Shown: in pieces, positions 1 through 10,928 of the stretch
How the letters are laid out: the number at the start of each line of letters is the position of its first letter
Numbering within the stretch: the first letter of the stretch is position 1
NCBI GenBank assembly: GCA_026025075.1
Contig: JAPEUI010000138.1
Location: 1-39,691 of the forward strand
Origin: Vezdaea acicularis
Taxonomy: Eukaryota
DNA: 39,691 nt
Reading direction: 5' to 3'
Made by a program: the position numbers and the translations under genes
The notes under the pieces: generated by a model
Seen by the model: the letters and a program-made list of their open reading frames with translations, nothing else
What the model was told of the DNA's origin: nothing
The model's database searches: none

Positions 1-1
1 A

Positions 2-955
2 TACCAGGATGAGCAATTCGAGGATGACGACCTACAATCGGATGAGGATAACGATGCGATAGCATCATCGGACCCGGAGATCCAATCGAACAATGGCTCA
101 CCCACTCCTAAGAGCTCCGCCAAACATCGCCGAGATTCCCCACCCCTTAAGGCTGCGTCCACTGAGCTGCTGGCTCATGAGGTGCTCGCGCTTTGCTTTT
201 GCTTCCTAGGCCCACTTCTTGGCGCCTACCTCCTTCATCACATCAGATCTCAGCTGTCTCGTCCGTCTGAGGGGCTTGTCTCCAACTACAACCTCACAAT
301 TTTCCTCATGGCTGCAGAAATTCGGCCATTGTCACATCTCGTAAAGATGACACAAGCTAGGACGTTGTATCTGCAGCGAATCGTGAACGCAAATCCCTAC
401 CAGGATGGCAGGATCGAAGATAAGATAGAAGGTCTCTCAAAGCGCCTTGGTAACCTCGAATCTCAAGCTGTGGTTGATAAAGGCCCTGGGCAAGCACTTG
501 GAGGCGACACAGGGGTGAAAACGGCAGCTACGATGACTGCTGAGGTGCGTCGATCAGTTCAACCGGACTTTGATGCCCTTAACCGTGCTGTCCGCCGCTA
601 TGAAAAGCGTGCAACATTGCAGACAATGCAGAACGAATCTCGTCTTCAGGATCTGGAACAACGGCTTGCTGATGCATTGTCGCTAGCAGCGGCAGCAGCT
701 CAAAGTGGCCAGCGTCGCGGGCAGGGCACGTTTTCAATGCTCCTAGGCTGGGTAGGCTCGGCAGTGATCTTTCCCATTCAGGCATTCAGTAGCCTCATCA
801 GTTTTCCAATACGGTCGTTTGGAAAGCTCTTCGGTATTGGAAGGTCGAAGCAAAACTTCGCTAAGGGGGAGCGAAGTGGAAGATCAGCTCTAAAGTATGG
901 GAACCACGGGCGTCTTGGTGGGGAAAGAATACATGCCAGGGGTATGAAGAGGTAG
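2..955 (+). CDS. Conserved fungal hypothetical membrane/coiled-coil protein, 5'-truncated by the window edge
   Basis: The frame is open from position 2 (YQDEQFEDDD...) to TAG at 953-955. It has a hydrophobic segment (LALCFCFLGPLLGAYLL) and a coiled-coil-like segment (LNRAVRRYEKRATLQTMQNESRLQDLEQRLADAL). Function not recognised. Confidence 0.75.
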   Translation, partial: YQDEQFEDDDLQSDEDNDAIASSDPEIQSNNGSPTPKSSAKHRRDSPPLKAASTELLAHEVLALCFCFLGPLLGAYLLHHIRSQLSRPSEGLVSNYNLTIFLMAAEIRPLSHLVKMTQARTLYLQRIVNANPYQDGRIEDKIEGLSKRLGNLESQAVVDKGPGQALGGDTGVKTAATMTAEVRRSVQPDFDALNRAVRRYEKRATLQTMQNESRLQDLEQRLADALSLAAAAAQSGQRRGQGTFSMLLGWVGSAVIFPIQAFSSLISFPIRSFGKLFGIGRSKQNFAKGERSGRSALKYGNHGRLGGERIHARGMKR

Positions 956-1423
956 TGATGACTAAGTCACGGCTCTTATGATAGCATGGGAGAGTATTTG
1001 AGTTCCAACGGATGGCGTTAGATAGGAGCACCGGGCTTTCAAAGGTTCGGATCTTAAAGCGCGCTATGGATTTAGGGATGGACGGAGCGAATTTGTGCTA
1101 GAAGATATCCCCAGAAAGTCTCTACTTTGTTTCAAAGACTATTTCTGAATGTAGAACCAAACTGTTTGATGTCTGCATTAGAGGTGCGCCTGATCATATG
1201 GCGTAATGTTGACGGAAAGTTCCGGACGGTAGCAAGCTCCTCGAAGTCCCCCACTAGGATAGCCTTCGAAGCTTTGAAGTGTTAGTTGAGCAGTAGAACA
1301 CATACAATCCATACGAACACCAAACTTTCTATTTCTGCAGCAGTATTGGAACTTGGATACCAAACCTATGGATTTGAAACTCTAATCTACTGAACAACGA
1401 CCATCTTCGCCTGCGGTGGGGCC

Positions 1424-2794
1424 ATGGCGGACTTTACCATAACCCAGCTGAATGCCGAGAGCCACCTCCTTCTCGTGAGCCATGCCCTTTCAGAGTCTGT
1501 CCCTATGCTATCTAATCGTAGTTATGATCTAGGATCAACCACTACTCCGTCTGCCCTACGAGCTCGTTCGTAAAAACTTCCAAACCGCTCGGCGGTTGGT
1601 CGAACGGGAACGAGAACACGTCATAAGTACACTGAGCGACACTGCAAATGCGTCCCTGACTGGCGAAAGCTCTGCACAATCCGCTGCGTCTCTGGATGCC
1701 ATGATAAACCGAATGCAGGGCCTTAAGAGGAAGCTCGAGAACCTGCATGAAGAAGAGAAAGTCATCTACAAGCACTCAAGGAAGCGGATAGAGCATCTAC
1801 AGAATCTTTACGAGATCCCGAGCCTACTAGACGTCAAATACGATGAATGGTCGCGGATACGGCTAAACCGACTCTTGGTGGATTATATGTTACGAAATGG
1901 ATATGCTGATAGCGCGAAGGCACTTGCTCTGGATCGAAATATCGAGGATCTAGTCGATATGGAGGTTTTCATACAGTGTAGCAGAATACAAGAAAGCTTG
2001 AAGAACCAGCGTACGCAGGAGTGTTTGGCATGGTGTAATGAAAATAAACAGGCCCTGAAGAAGATCAACGTGAGTCTTTCGCCCCTTGAAGTTTAGTCCT
2101 TGAAACTAAACGTGGCGTAGAGTAGCCTTGAATTTGAGTTACGACTACAGCAATACATCGAACTGGTTCGAAGTCGGGAATTATCAAGGCTTCTTGAAGC
2201 GAGGGTATACGCTCAGAAGTTTCTGGTCCCACACTATGAGACTCAGATGGAAATGGTCAATCACGCTGTAGCTTTAATGGCTTATCCCGAAACCGTGAGG
2301 ATAGAGCCATACGCTGTAAGTCCTAAGCTGTAACACATTCTATTATGCCTGCTAATCTAAGGCAGACCCTATATTCGCTCACGAGGTGGGATACCCTTGC
2401 TCGGCTGTTTACGAACACACACCACAGCCTCCTTTCTCTACCCACCAGGCCGCTCCTTCACATTGCCCTTTCTGCAGGCCTCTCGTCTCTCAAAACACCT
2501 GCTTGTCATTCCAAATACGCGAGCAGCAGCTCAAACGCAAATTCCTCCACGACATCCGTCTGCCCAATATGCTCAACCGAACTTAATGACCTTGCTCGAA
2601 ACGTGCCATACGCACATCACACCAAAAGTCATGTGGAGAACGATCCGGTCCTTCTTCCGAATGGTCGGATATATGGACGTCATCGCCTAGAAATGATGAG
2701 CGAGAAAGTTGGTGTTTTAGAGGGACAGGTCAAAGATCCTACAACAGGCGAGACCTTTAGCAAGGAAACCATACAGAAGGTCTACATTTCGTAG
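1424..2794 (+). CDS. FYV10: GID/CTLH E3 ligase subunit Fyv10/Gid9 (MAEA orthologue); 4 exons (about 1424-1474, 1533-2069, 2121-2315, 2367-2794)
   Basis: Spliced N-terminus MADFTITQLNAESHLLL|DQPLLRLPYE. LisH motif (RLNRLLVDYMLRNGYADSAKALA), CTLH motif (ECLAWCNENK..L....SSLEFELRLQQYIEL), CRA region (LSAGLSSLKTPAC) and degenerate RING (CPICSTELN...PYAHH...PVLLPNGRIYG). Confidence 0.93.
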
Positions 2795-2938
2795 TAGGAC
2801 TGGAGTATTTTTTGGGGCATTGCTGATATAACGGTCCGCGTGAGCGTCGGCGTTCGGCGTCCTATAAGGTAGTATTCAACCCAAAACCTTATTAGCCACT
2901 TAAACTTTGGATAAGTCTTGACAGACTGCTTGCGATCC

Positions 2939-3859
2939 TCAGTCATCTTCGTCCTCACTGCTCTCTTCTCTTTTCCTTTTCTTGGCAGGACTCTCTGCTT
3001 CCTCACCAGCTCTTACGAAGATGTAGCTCCGACTATCCCTGTCCTCACCCTTCCACGCATGCTCTCCCTTGATATTCCCTAACGTCCTCGCATGACTGTA
3101 CTTCGGGTAAGCCTCCGCCGCAAACTTAAAGCTCCGTTGCACCCTCAATCCCGTATGTCTCGCTAGATCGCGGATATTCCATAAGGTATACGGCTCTCCT
3201 TCAAACAGCGTAACAACAATTGACGAGCCCCGCCTCGGCGATAGCAGCGGAGCTGCAGCCTTGAAGAACCCCACGAGCAACTCTACGCAAAGTCGTAAGC
3301 AGTTTAGCTCATAGATATGGTAAGGCGTTAGGGATAGCCCACCTTGATTATACCTGACCTGTCGATTCACATCCTTGCACTTACCCCCTACGTGCGGGAA
3401 ATTGAAGATGATCCAATCCCAGTCTCCCCTCTTCACCCCGTCTATTGTCCCCGTAGTCAAAGACTTATAGCTCCCCAGCCTCGTGGCATCGATGCTATAC
3501 GAAACCGCCCCGCCTGCCTCTTCGACATCCTTGATACATTTCTCGGCCTGCGGATATTTCTTAAGCGTCTCGGCGCGGGAGTCGAAGCCTGTTGCCGCGA
3601 TGCGGGAGAACTTATCGCCATGATGAGCGCATACAGATGCGGCAAACGAGAAGTCGCCCTCACCAATGAGGAGGATGGTGTCCGGTGTCTGGAAGGGTAT
3701 TATAGGGTGTTTTAGATTCTTCGATGGAGCTTTCGCGGAGGAAGTCGCTGAAGGCTTTAGATGGCGACGAGCGGAAGGGTTTGGGTGGTTAGGCGCAAAA
3801 GCCCCAAGCCCCCTAGGCTTTTCGGATATGCCTCTCAACTTTTTCCTGTGCTTGGCCAT
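2939..3859 (-). CDS. BMT5: 25S rRNA (uridine-N3)-methyltransferase, Bmt5/DUF2431 family; one 60-nt intron at 3283-3342
   Basis: Motifs ILLIGEGDFSFA, IDATRL, IIFNFPHVGG, YNQ|ELLVGFF, VTLFEGEPYTLWNIRDLA and YPKYSHARTLG. Basic NLS-like termini. Confidence 0.88.
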   Translation of the reverse strand: MAKHRKKLRGISEKPRGLGAFAPNHPNPSARRHLKPSATSSAKAPSKNLKHPIIPFQTPDTILLIGEGDFSFAASVCAHHGDKFSRIAATGFDSRAETLKKYPQAEKCIKDVEEAGGAVSYSIDATRLGSYKSLTTGTIDGVKRGDWDWIIFNFPHVGGKCKDVNRQVRYNQGGLSLTPYHIYELNCLRLCVELLVGFFKAAAPLLSPRRGSSIVVTLFEGEPYTLWNIRDLARHTGLRVQRSFKFAAEAYPKYSHARTLGNIKGEHAWKGEDRDSRSYIFVRAGEEAESPAKKRKREESSEDEDD

Positions 3860-4470
3860 AGAGGATGGTGGGATAATGCCAATGGTAGGCGCTGGGTCCT
3901 TGAAGAATATTGAGGTGCGGCTCTGCAGCCCACTAGTTTCGCTACAGTAGTTCTATCTTGGCCCCGAAAGCTGTTGGTAGCTGGGCATGCGATTGGATTT
4001 TTTACTTGTGGCTTATTCGCAGCTCTCCGTCCAAGCTTTTCACAGTCTATACGATTGTAATCCCCTGGGATTCCTGTGTTTCACAACACGTTGATTACAT
4101 TGGCCTATAAAGGAGAACTCAACGACGTATTTAAGATCTAATACGGCAGTATATGTAAATCGACTCTAAAGGTACAGGGGTGTATCGACAAGGAAACCGA
4201 GAGTAGCCACCGTTGTACCCAACCTGCTAATATGCCATAACCAACAGCAACTATTGCTGTGGATGAGAAGAGCAGACATCTCATTCCTGAACACCGGAAG
4301 GCTCCCCGAGCTCATGCAAACTAGTTCCATAGTATCCCATGCCATCATGCTACCCAGCCACATCCGTGAGAAGAGAGAAAAATCGCCGAACGTCGCTAGA
4401 ACAAGCAATCTGCCGCAGTGAAGGGAAAAGAAATTTGTGATGTGTCGCTTTAGTCGAGACCGAGATACCT

Positions 4471-6933
4471 TCAAAGGTGGACTGGCGTCGGGTCGGAGAT
4501 GCCGAAAGGCCGGCTACATGTCGGGCATCGTCGACTTCGAAGGTTGATGAGGTTATCAACGCAGGGTCTACAGAAAGTATGACCACACTTCAGCGCAGTA
4601 TTTTTGAAGCTCTTCTTACAGACATTGCATAGGCATAGGTTCTAACAGAGTCAGCGTCTGTTCAAGAATGGGTCAGCATAACGCCTATTCAGCTTACCCT
4701 GAGCATCTCCATTTCTTCCTGAGCACCAGCCATTGCTTGGTCTTGCCACTTGCGCGCTTCCTGAGCAAGTTGTTTGTTTTCGGCTCCTAAAGACTCGACT
4801 TGTGTCTCAGCAATGCGCTGCGCCTTTTTCGCTGAAAGAAAAGAACTATCTTTTTCGGAAAGAGCCTCTTTGAGTTCTCGAACCTGTGACTTTAGCCCAT
4901 CAAAAGCAATAGATTTCTCCGTGACTTGCTGCTGAAAGGATTGACTCTTATCAGTCGCAGACAACAGGGTCGACTTCAACTCCGCAATCTGTTTTTCGAG
5001 ACTGATCTGGTATGTTTTGGCTGCCGTCTCAGCTTCCTTCAGCTGAGTTACTATGCCAGCGCTCTTTTGATTATGGGATTGTAAAGTCTTCAATTGACCA
5101 TCTTGAAGCTCTTTTGCTTTCATCGTCGCAAAATATTTTTGGTCTGCTTTAGACTTTTCGGCTTGTAAGCGGGCGATTTTCTCTTCAACGGCAGTTGTGT
5201 CAAGAACTTTCTTCAGTGCCAATGACGAGTACTTCTTGATGGCCGGGCCTATCGAAGACAACTCGATTTCAAGTGCAGCGTATTGTTGTTGAAGACTTGT
5301 ATACTTTGTTATGAGATCCTCAGAGCTAAGGCTTTTCATATCTTGCAATAACTGAGGATCGGGATTTCCCTCGTTCAATCGGTGTTTTAGACGCTCTACT
5401 TCTGATTCAAGTGCTGTAATTTGGTTCTGACGGGCCTCTGCAAGCTCTTTTGTTTGTCCAAGAGTTTTTCGATCGTTTTCTTCCGCTTGCGACTTAATTG
5501 TAAGCTCTGCGAGATACTCGTCACGTCCGCTTCGGATTCGGGTCAAATCGGTTTCTGCTCGGATTAGACGACTTTCCAGATCCGCTCTCGTCGTCTCCGC
5601 TTCGGAGTCAATCAGAGAACGATAAGCTGTACGTTCAGCTTGGAGCTTTTCCGCTTCCTCTCGTAGTTGCTTATTGAGAGCCTCAAGATTGTTGACGCGA
5701 TTAACGACATCCTCATGTTGAGACTTTAGGAGCTTGAACAGGTCAGTTTTGGCGTAGTCTTCGTCTGATAAGCGAGATGTTTTGATCGTTAAAGAGGTCA
5801 GACGTTCGGTCAATTTTTCGTTATCAGATTCCAATTGGGCTAAAAGCTCCTTCTGCTTTTCCAATACAGCAACAGCCTTGCTTCGTTCCAGTTCGGCATT
5901 TACAGCGGCTTCGTCATGATGGAATTCCCCATTGCTAGCTTTGGAGCCCTCTTGTTGTTGGGTGTTGCTTGATTCCCCGGCAGAATCCTTGCTACCAACA
6001 AGCCCTTTTGTCTCAATCAAAGCAACTGCCGCGCTTTTGGCTCGAGCTGCTTTACTCTCTGCTCGTAAATATCGTAAAGTCGCATTTTCAAGTCGCTCCT
6101 CCAGTTGATTTTTCTCCGTTGTAGTTCGTTCTAGCTCTGCTAGGTGGACCTTTTCGGCGGCAAGCAATTGTGAGAGGCGGCTCTCTAGCTCAGCAGTCGC
6201 AGATGACTTCGTTTGGGGGAGTTTGGAAAAGATCGAAGCGAGATTTGATTTGAACTCTTGACCCGTAAATTGTAGGTGCTCCTCGAACTTTGGATGTTCT
6301 GCAAAAAAGAGGGTTTGGGGGATTAAAGACTCTGCAATGATCATTAATCTTTACCTGAAGAAGAACACGGAATCAGCCTTCTACCTTCGTTTCTAATTTG
6401 AACACCGAGGTCGGGCAGATCTCCAACTGCGATCTTAAGTTCGTCCAAAAGCTATAAGATCAGTTATGACGTTACCCATCGACATCGGGATCTGTTGAAC
6501 ACACCTGCATAAACCACGCCTGTATGATCCGCAAATGGTCGTCATGATAAGTTGAGCGTTTGCTCGCATCGCTGAGACGAGACTCGAGCGTTTTGATCTC
6601 TCTTTTATATTCGCCAATGCGTCTCACTAGAGAGTCTTTTTGATACAGCTAATGTACCTGGTTGTCAGCAACCACTCGAAATTTCAGTGCCACCAACTAC
6701 GATTGCACCTCTGTGATCGAATGGTCCAAGACGGAAGGGCATACCTCAAGGTTTTCCTTCCACGGCATGTCCGTGTCCGGATGTGGTCTAGTCGCGCCAT
6801 TCATTGCAGTGGCTTGCTTCTTCAAAGGTGGGCCTGCGTTATCATATTCAGTAGAAGCTGGCCTCTTCTTCTCCTCTGCCGTGACCATGTCAGCGGACAG
6901 ATAGACACCAGGTTGTGGTTGAACGAGGCTCAT
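4471..6933 (-). CDS. BRE1: E3 ubiquitin ligase Bre1 (histone H2B monoubiquitination); 5 exons
   Basis: N-terminal KKRPAS...PPLKKQA...PHPDTDMPWKENLE|LYQKD. Long coiled coil with the BRE1-domain motif AEKSKADQKYFATMK. The terminal exon encodes a C3HC4 RING (CNVCKKSFKNTALKCGHTFCRPC...RCPTC), with the stop at 4471-4473. The start could alternatively be the ATG at 6888. Confidence 0.92.
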
Positions 6934-7311
6934 GAGCGCTCGCAATGTGGCGAGCCCAAGAGGGTCAACCCGCAAATTGACTACAACAAACCGTCATAAA
7001 CCGTACAATAATTGTGCGACATCCACTGCTACGGAGGGCAAGCAATAGTGGTGAGGGAAAACTGGTGGTCGTTGGGGCGGGTGTCACGGTTGATGTAAAG
7101 CAGTGTCGCTTCCACCTTTCGCTCCTTTCTTCGCTTACACAGATCCTAAAACCGCTAGTGGCAAAATGCACGTGATCGTAAATTTAGAGTCTTTCTGCTG
7201 CAGCTGATTGGCTATACTGAACGACTCAACACAGATACATACCATCTAGGTTTCCGTCAATATCTTCGACTCCCGAGATTTGACTGATAATGAGCATGCA
7301 CGAGAATAGTC
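6934..7311. promoter_or_regulatory. Divergent (bidirectional) promoter region of BRE1 and BDP1
   Basis: 378 bp between the two opposed start codons. Contains AGTGGCAAAA (7157-7166), CACGTG (7169-7174) and ATTGG (reverse CCAAT, about 7207-7211). Function of these motifs is untested. Confidence 0.5.
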
Positions 7312-9418
7312 ATGTCGACCTTGGGGAGCTCTATTATCAGTAAGCCACCAAACCCCACCAGGATGTGTATTGGGTTGCTCACCAGTGCAATCAGGTAAAT
7401 CTGGTAAGAAGTTTGCGCCAAAGGCCGTACAGCGTCGACGACCAGACTCTAGCACCCCAGTGTCCACGCAAACTTCCTCTAGACCTAGCATTGAACCTCA
7501 AGCAGTCCCAATAACGTTAGTTCATACCGTCGAGAAAGCCTCCAAATCCGCCGCCCCTTCAAGAGGAGCGGAATCCTTCAATGATCCTTCAACTTCAGCA
7601 GCCCTTCCTACTCCACCGTCATCTATCCCACGGACGGATGGAACCTCCTCGTCTGAAGTAAATCTACAAACGGGGAACCCTAGCGTTTCTCGGCCTACAT
7701 CACCAATTTCCTCCAGGGACTCGAGAAAGATCGCTGAAGTCCACAGCAATCAGGAGACTCCACCAACCAGACTACTTGCACCCCCCATCAACAAACCCTC
7801 CAGCTCCACATTCCCTGAAAAGAGGTCAACTAGGTCTGCCACACATGTACAAGATGAGATCGAGGCCGGACATCCAAACAAGCGACGGAGAGTGAGCGAT
7901 AATGTTGAAGCATGTTCAGTTATTGGCGATAATAATCATACTACTGGATCGTCCTCAGCGACGAATAGCGCCTCTACAGTTAATATTATCCCATCTGTAG
8001 AGCCAACAGCGCCGGTGCAGTCAGCACCTAAAACTAGTACACTTGCTGCGACAGGCTCTAGAAAAGACACCCAAAGAAATGGAGCGTCAAGGTCGACTCA
8101 GAAGAAGGGGAAGGCAAAGGAAAGGCTTGTTACTTCTGCACGGGCTAGCAACTCAGATAGGGGTGGTCGATTGTCGAGAGGCGGGAGAGGGTCAAGGGGA
8201 AGGAGAAAGGTAGCGCCGGGAACCAATAGCTTCAGAGTTGATCCGCAACCCGCCGTGAATGAGAGAAACTTCAGAGGTAGTGATGTATCATCGGATGAAG
8301 AAGCACAGACCACGACTCACCTTAAAGGAAAAAGGCGCGGACGACGCCGCCAGGCAACGCCCGAAAATGCCGAGAGAGTGGAGATAGTGCCGTCTATTGT
8401 CAAGATGGCTGATCTCTGTAAAGACCTTCGCACAGGCAAAAAATCTAAACGGGCTTTAGAGCTGGAGGCGATGGATTGGACAGAAATTGTTCGAAAGCAA
8501 AGAGAGCAGAGGGCACAACGAGAGCGTGGGGAGATCCCGCAGAGGGAGACCGTGGATCAGATGCTTGATAGGGTTGGTCAACAAGCAGCAGCAGCTCCGT
8601 TATCGCAAGCTGGGCCTCGAATGAGACTTGTCAATGGGAAACTTGTCCTTGATGACTCGTCCTTAATGATTGACAGGCATGCAGAGGCCGCAGCAGGACA
8701 AACGGGGGAGGCTTTTGAAGAGGTTGAAGAGAACGAACTTACGAGACGTATCAATTCTGGAAACTGGCTTAAGAGAGAAAAGACAGAAGCCTGGGATGAA
8801 GAGGCCACCGAGCTTTTCTATCAGGGTCTACGCATGTTTGGAACCGATTTTGAAATCATTAGCAAGATGTTTCCCACCCGCAGTCGTCGCCAGGTCAAAC
8901 TAAAGTTCACCAAAGAGGAGCGTCAGAATCCTGATATTATTCAAGCTACGCTGATACGTCCGAGGACAGACATGAATTTACAAGAATACTCCCGCCTTAC
9001 TCAAAAGGAATATCAAGATCCTGCTCTCATCGAAGCCCAACTAGAAGAAGCTAGGGTCGCCCATGAAGAGCAGAAGAAGCGTGTCGACGAGGAAAAAGCC
9101 GAAGAAGCAAGAAAAAGGCGAGAAGAGAACGAGAGGACCCCAGCGCGAGAAGGAGAAGCTGGCGAAGAAGGCGGAGAAGAAGGAGCGCAAGCACCGCCAA
9201 CTGAAACACGAGATGGAGGAAACAGGAACCCAGCCGATGCCCCAAGTGATGCTACAAATCTAACTGCCACCGCTGGGAAAGGAGGCAAGCGCGGGAGAAA
9301 GCCGTCAACGAAAAAGGGTAAAACCAAGCTGTCCAAGAGACCTGCAGGAGAAGCTGAGGTTGTCGGATCTGTCAGCCAGTCTCGAGAGACTGCGGCTGCT
9401 GCCGCTTTGGCTGCATGA
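7312..9418 (+). CDS. BDP1: RNA polymerase III initiation factor TFIIIB subunit B'' (Bdp1); exon 1 7312-7339, exon 2 7395-9418
   Basis: Spliced start MSTLGSSIISKSGKKFAPK. Conserved MADLCKDLRTGKKS and GPRMRLVNGKLVLDDSSL motifs. SANT/Myb domain WDEEATELFYQGLRMFGTDFEIISKMFPTRSRRQVKLKFTKEER. Confidence 0.93.
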
Positions 9419-9620
9419 GCTACTATTTTAGTAGAGAGGGTGCCACACGACCCTCTTTGGTATCGCTTGATAGGCCCGTAAGTTTAAGTTAAATACCATA
9501 AAAATTCCTCAATATCGTCAAGCATGATAAAGAGAAATAACAACAAATCGTAAATTTTATTAATATGAGAGATATATGGCCCATGAAATTTCCTATCTTC
9601 TGATCCATATAATCTAGACT

Positions 9621-10615
9621 TTACCGTCTATTAGTAGAGCCGAACCCTGTGCTCTCATGCCTCGTACTCGGACCCGAAGATGACCCTTCTCCATTTTCCG
9701 TCCGGCTGTACCAGCCACTCCGACCTGCCGGAGCGGCGGGCTGGGCGGGCTGTTGCTGTGTCTGCGCTGACCTTCTACCGGCCGCATATCCAGCCGCAGT
9801 TCCTGCCGCAGTACCAGTCCAGAACCCTGGCGTCCAACCCTGCTGATTACCACTACTCCTTGCGCCCCAATAATTTCGATATGTAGAGGAAGGTGGCTTG
9901 CGATAGCCAGGATAGTCATAGGGAGGAGGTGGATCGTCATGCCCCCCTCCACCTCCACCAAACCAGCCACCACCTTGAGGGACACGTCCCGTATTCGGTC
10001 CTCTTCTTGCTGCTTCTTTGAACAGGGAGTATATTATGAAGCCTGCTGCTGCCAGGAACAGGATCCAGAACAAAATAGTAGCCCAGCTTGAGCTGTCCGA
10101 GCTATTGTTCTTCAGCGAAGAGCGATAACGCTGACCATACCTCCTCTCGCCTTCATCGGTGAGCATCAGCCGATATTCGACACCGCAGCTGCCTTTGAGA
10201 ATGAACGGATCGTCGGGAGAATCATAACCCTCACAGATGACGTCCGTACTACCTAATTTGAATTCAGAAGGAAGTGATGCGGTGCAAGTCCACTGAATGC
10301 TGAGATATAATTACTTAGAAGGAGACATCTTGCACATCTGTGGAGGAGAGCTCACTTCTCATCGTCATAATCAGAACCTTGGTTTTTGCAGCGGAGGACG
10401 TCCACTTCGTAAAGACCCTTGCCACTGCCTCCAGTACATCTAAGTTGTGGTATAGCTGAGACCCGGCGATGGGTTGTTTTTTGCCCACTTCGAAGCGTTA
10501 AAGATTTCACTTTGGACAGCAGAACGCTGTCATCCTTTTTCTTCCATGCCTGCGCATCATCGGCGAACGCGCATAAAGCGAGCGCTGCGGGGTACAGAAA
10601 ATCAAGAAAGCGCAT
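9621..10615 (-). CDS. SARAF-like (DUF1183/TMEM66) single-pass ER membrane protein; 2 exons
   Basis: Signal peptide MRFLDFLYPAALALCAFA. Luminal domain VLLSKVKSLTLRSG..TTHRRVSAIPQLRC...CKNQG...N|IQWTCTASLPSEFKLGSTDVICEGYDSPDDPFILKGSCGVEYRL. One TM helix, a PPPY motif, the PGFWTG motif and C-terminal STGFGSTNRR. Confidence 0.87.
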
Positions 10616-10928
10616 GATGGACTGAGTATCATGGGAGGATCGCAGATGGAACACTAAGGTCTTTCGTATAGGGGTCTGAAAAATTCCGAATAATCCTAAC
10701 AGAGTCTCTCCCCATGATAGCGAGGAGAGGGTGGGAGAAGACAAGTGGTCTTTAAGGCTGATCCGAGGCAGGCATAATTCAAGATCTTTAAACGTTCGGA
10801 ATCTAGCCCTTTTAGGCACTTTGCATACGCCAAGCTTTCGGTGATGCATAAGCTCCATGAGCTTCGGACAATATCACTGATTTGATGTTTGCCAATGTCG
10901 AGGGATCTAGCTTAGAAGATCCCGAAGA

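Noticed and set aside
955..1150. GTGATGA (C-box-like) directly after the first gene's stop codon, as a possible C/D snoRNA
   Set aside because: The nearest CTGA is about 190 nt away, and there is no terminal stem or recognisable rRNA guide. It is most likely tandem stop codons and 3' UTR.
4471..4640. BRE1 RING with a first loop that looks one residue short (TALKCGH)
   Set aside because: All zinc ligands are present, so this is ordinary RING spacing variation.
7157..7174. PACE/Rpn4-like AGTGGCAAAA and E-box CACGTG in the BRE1/BDP1 spacer as proven regulatory sites
   Set aside because: Short motifs that are expected by chance. They are noted only as candidates in the promoter feature.
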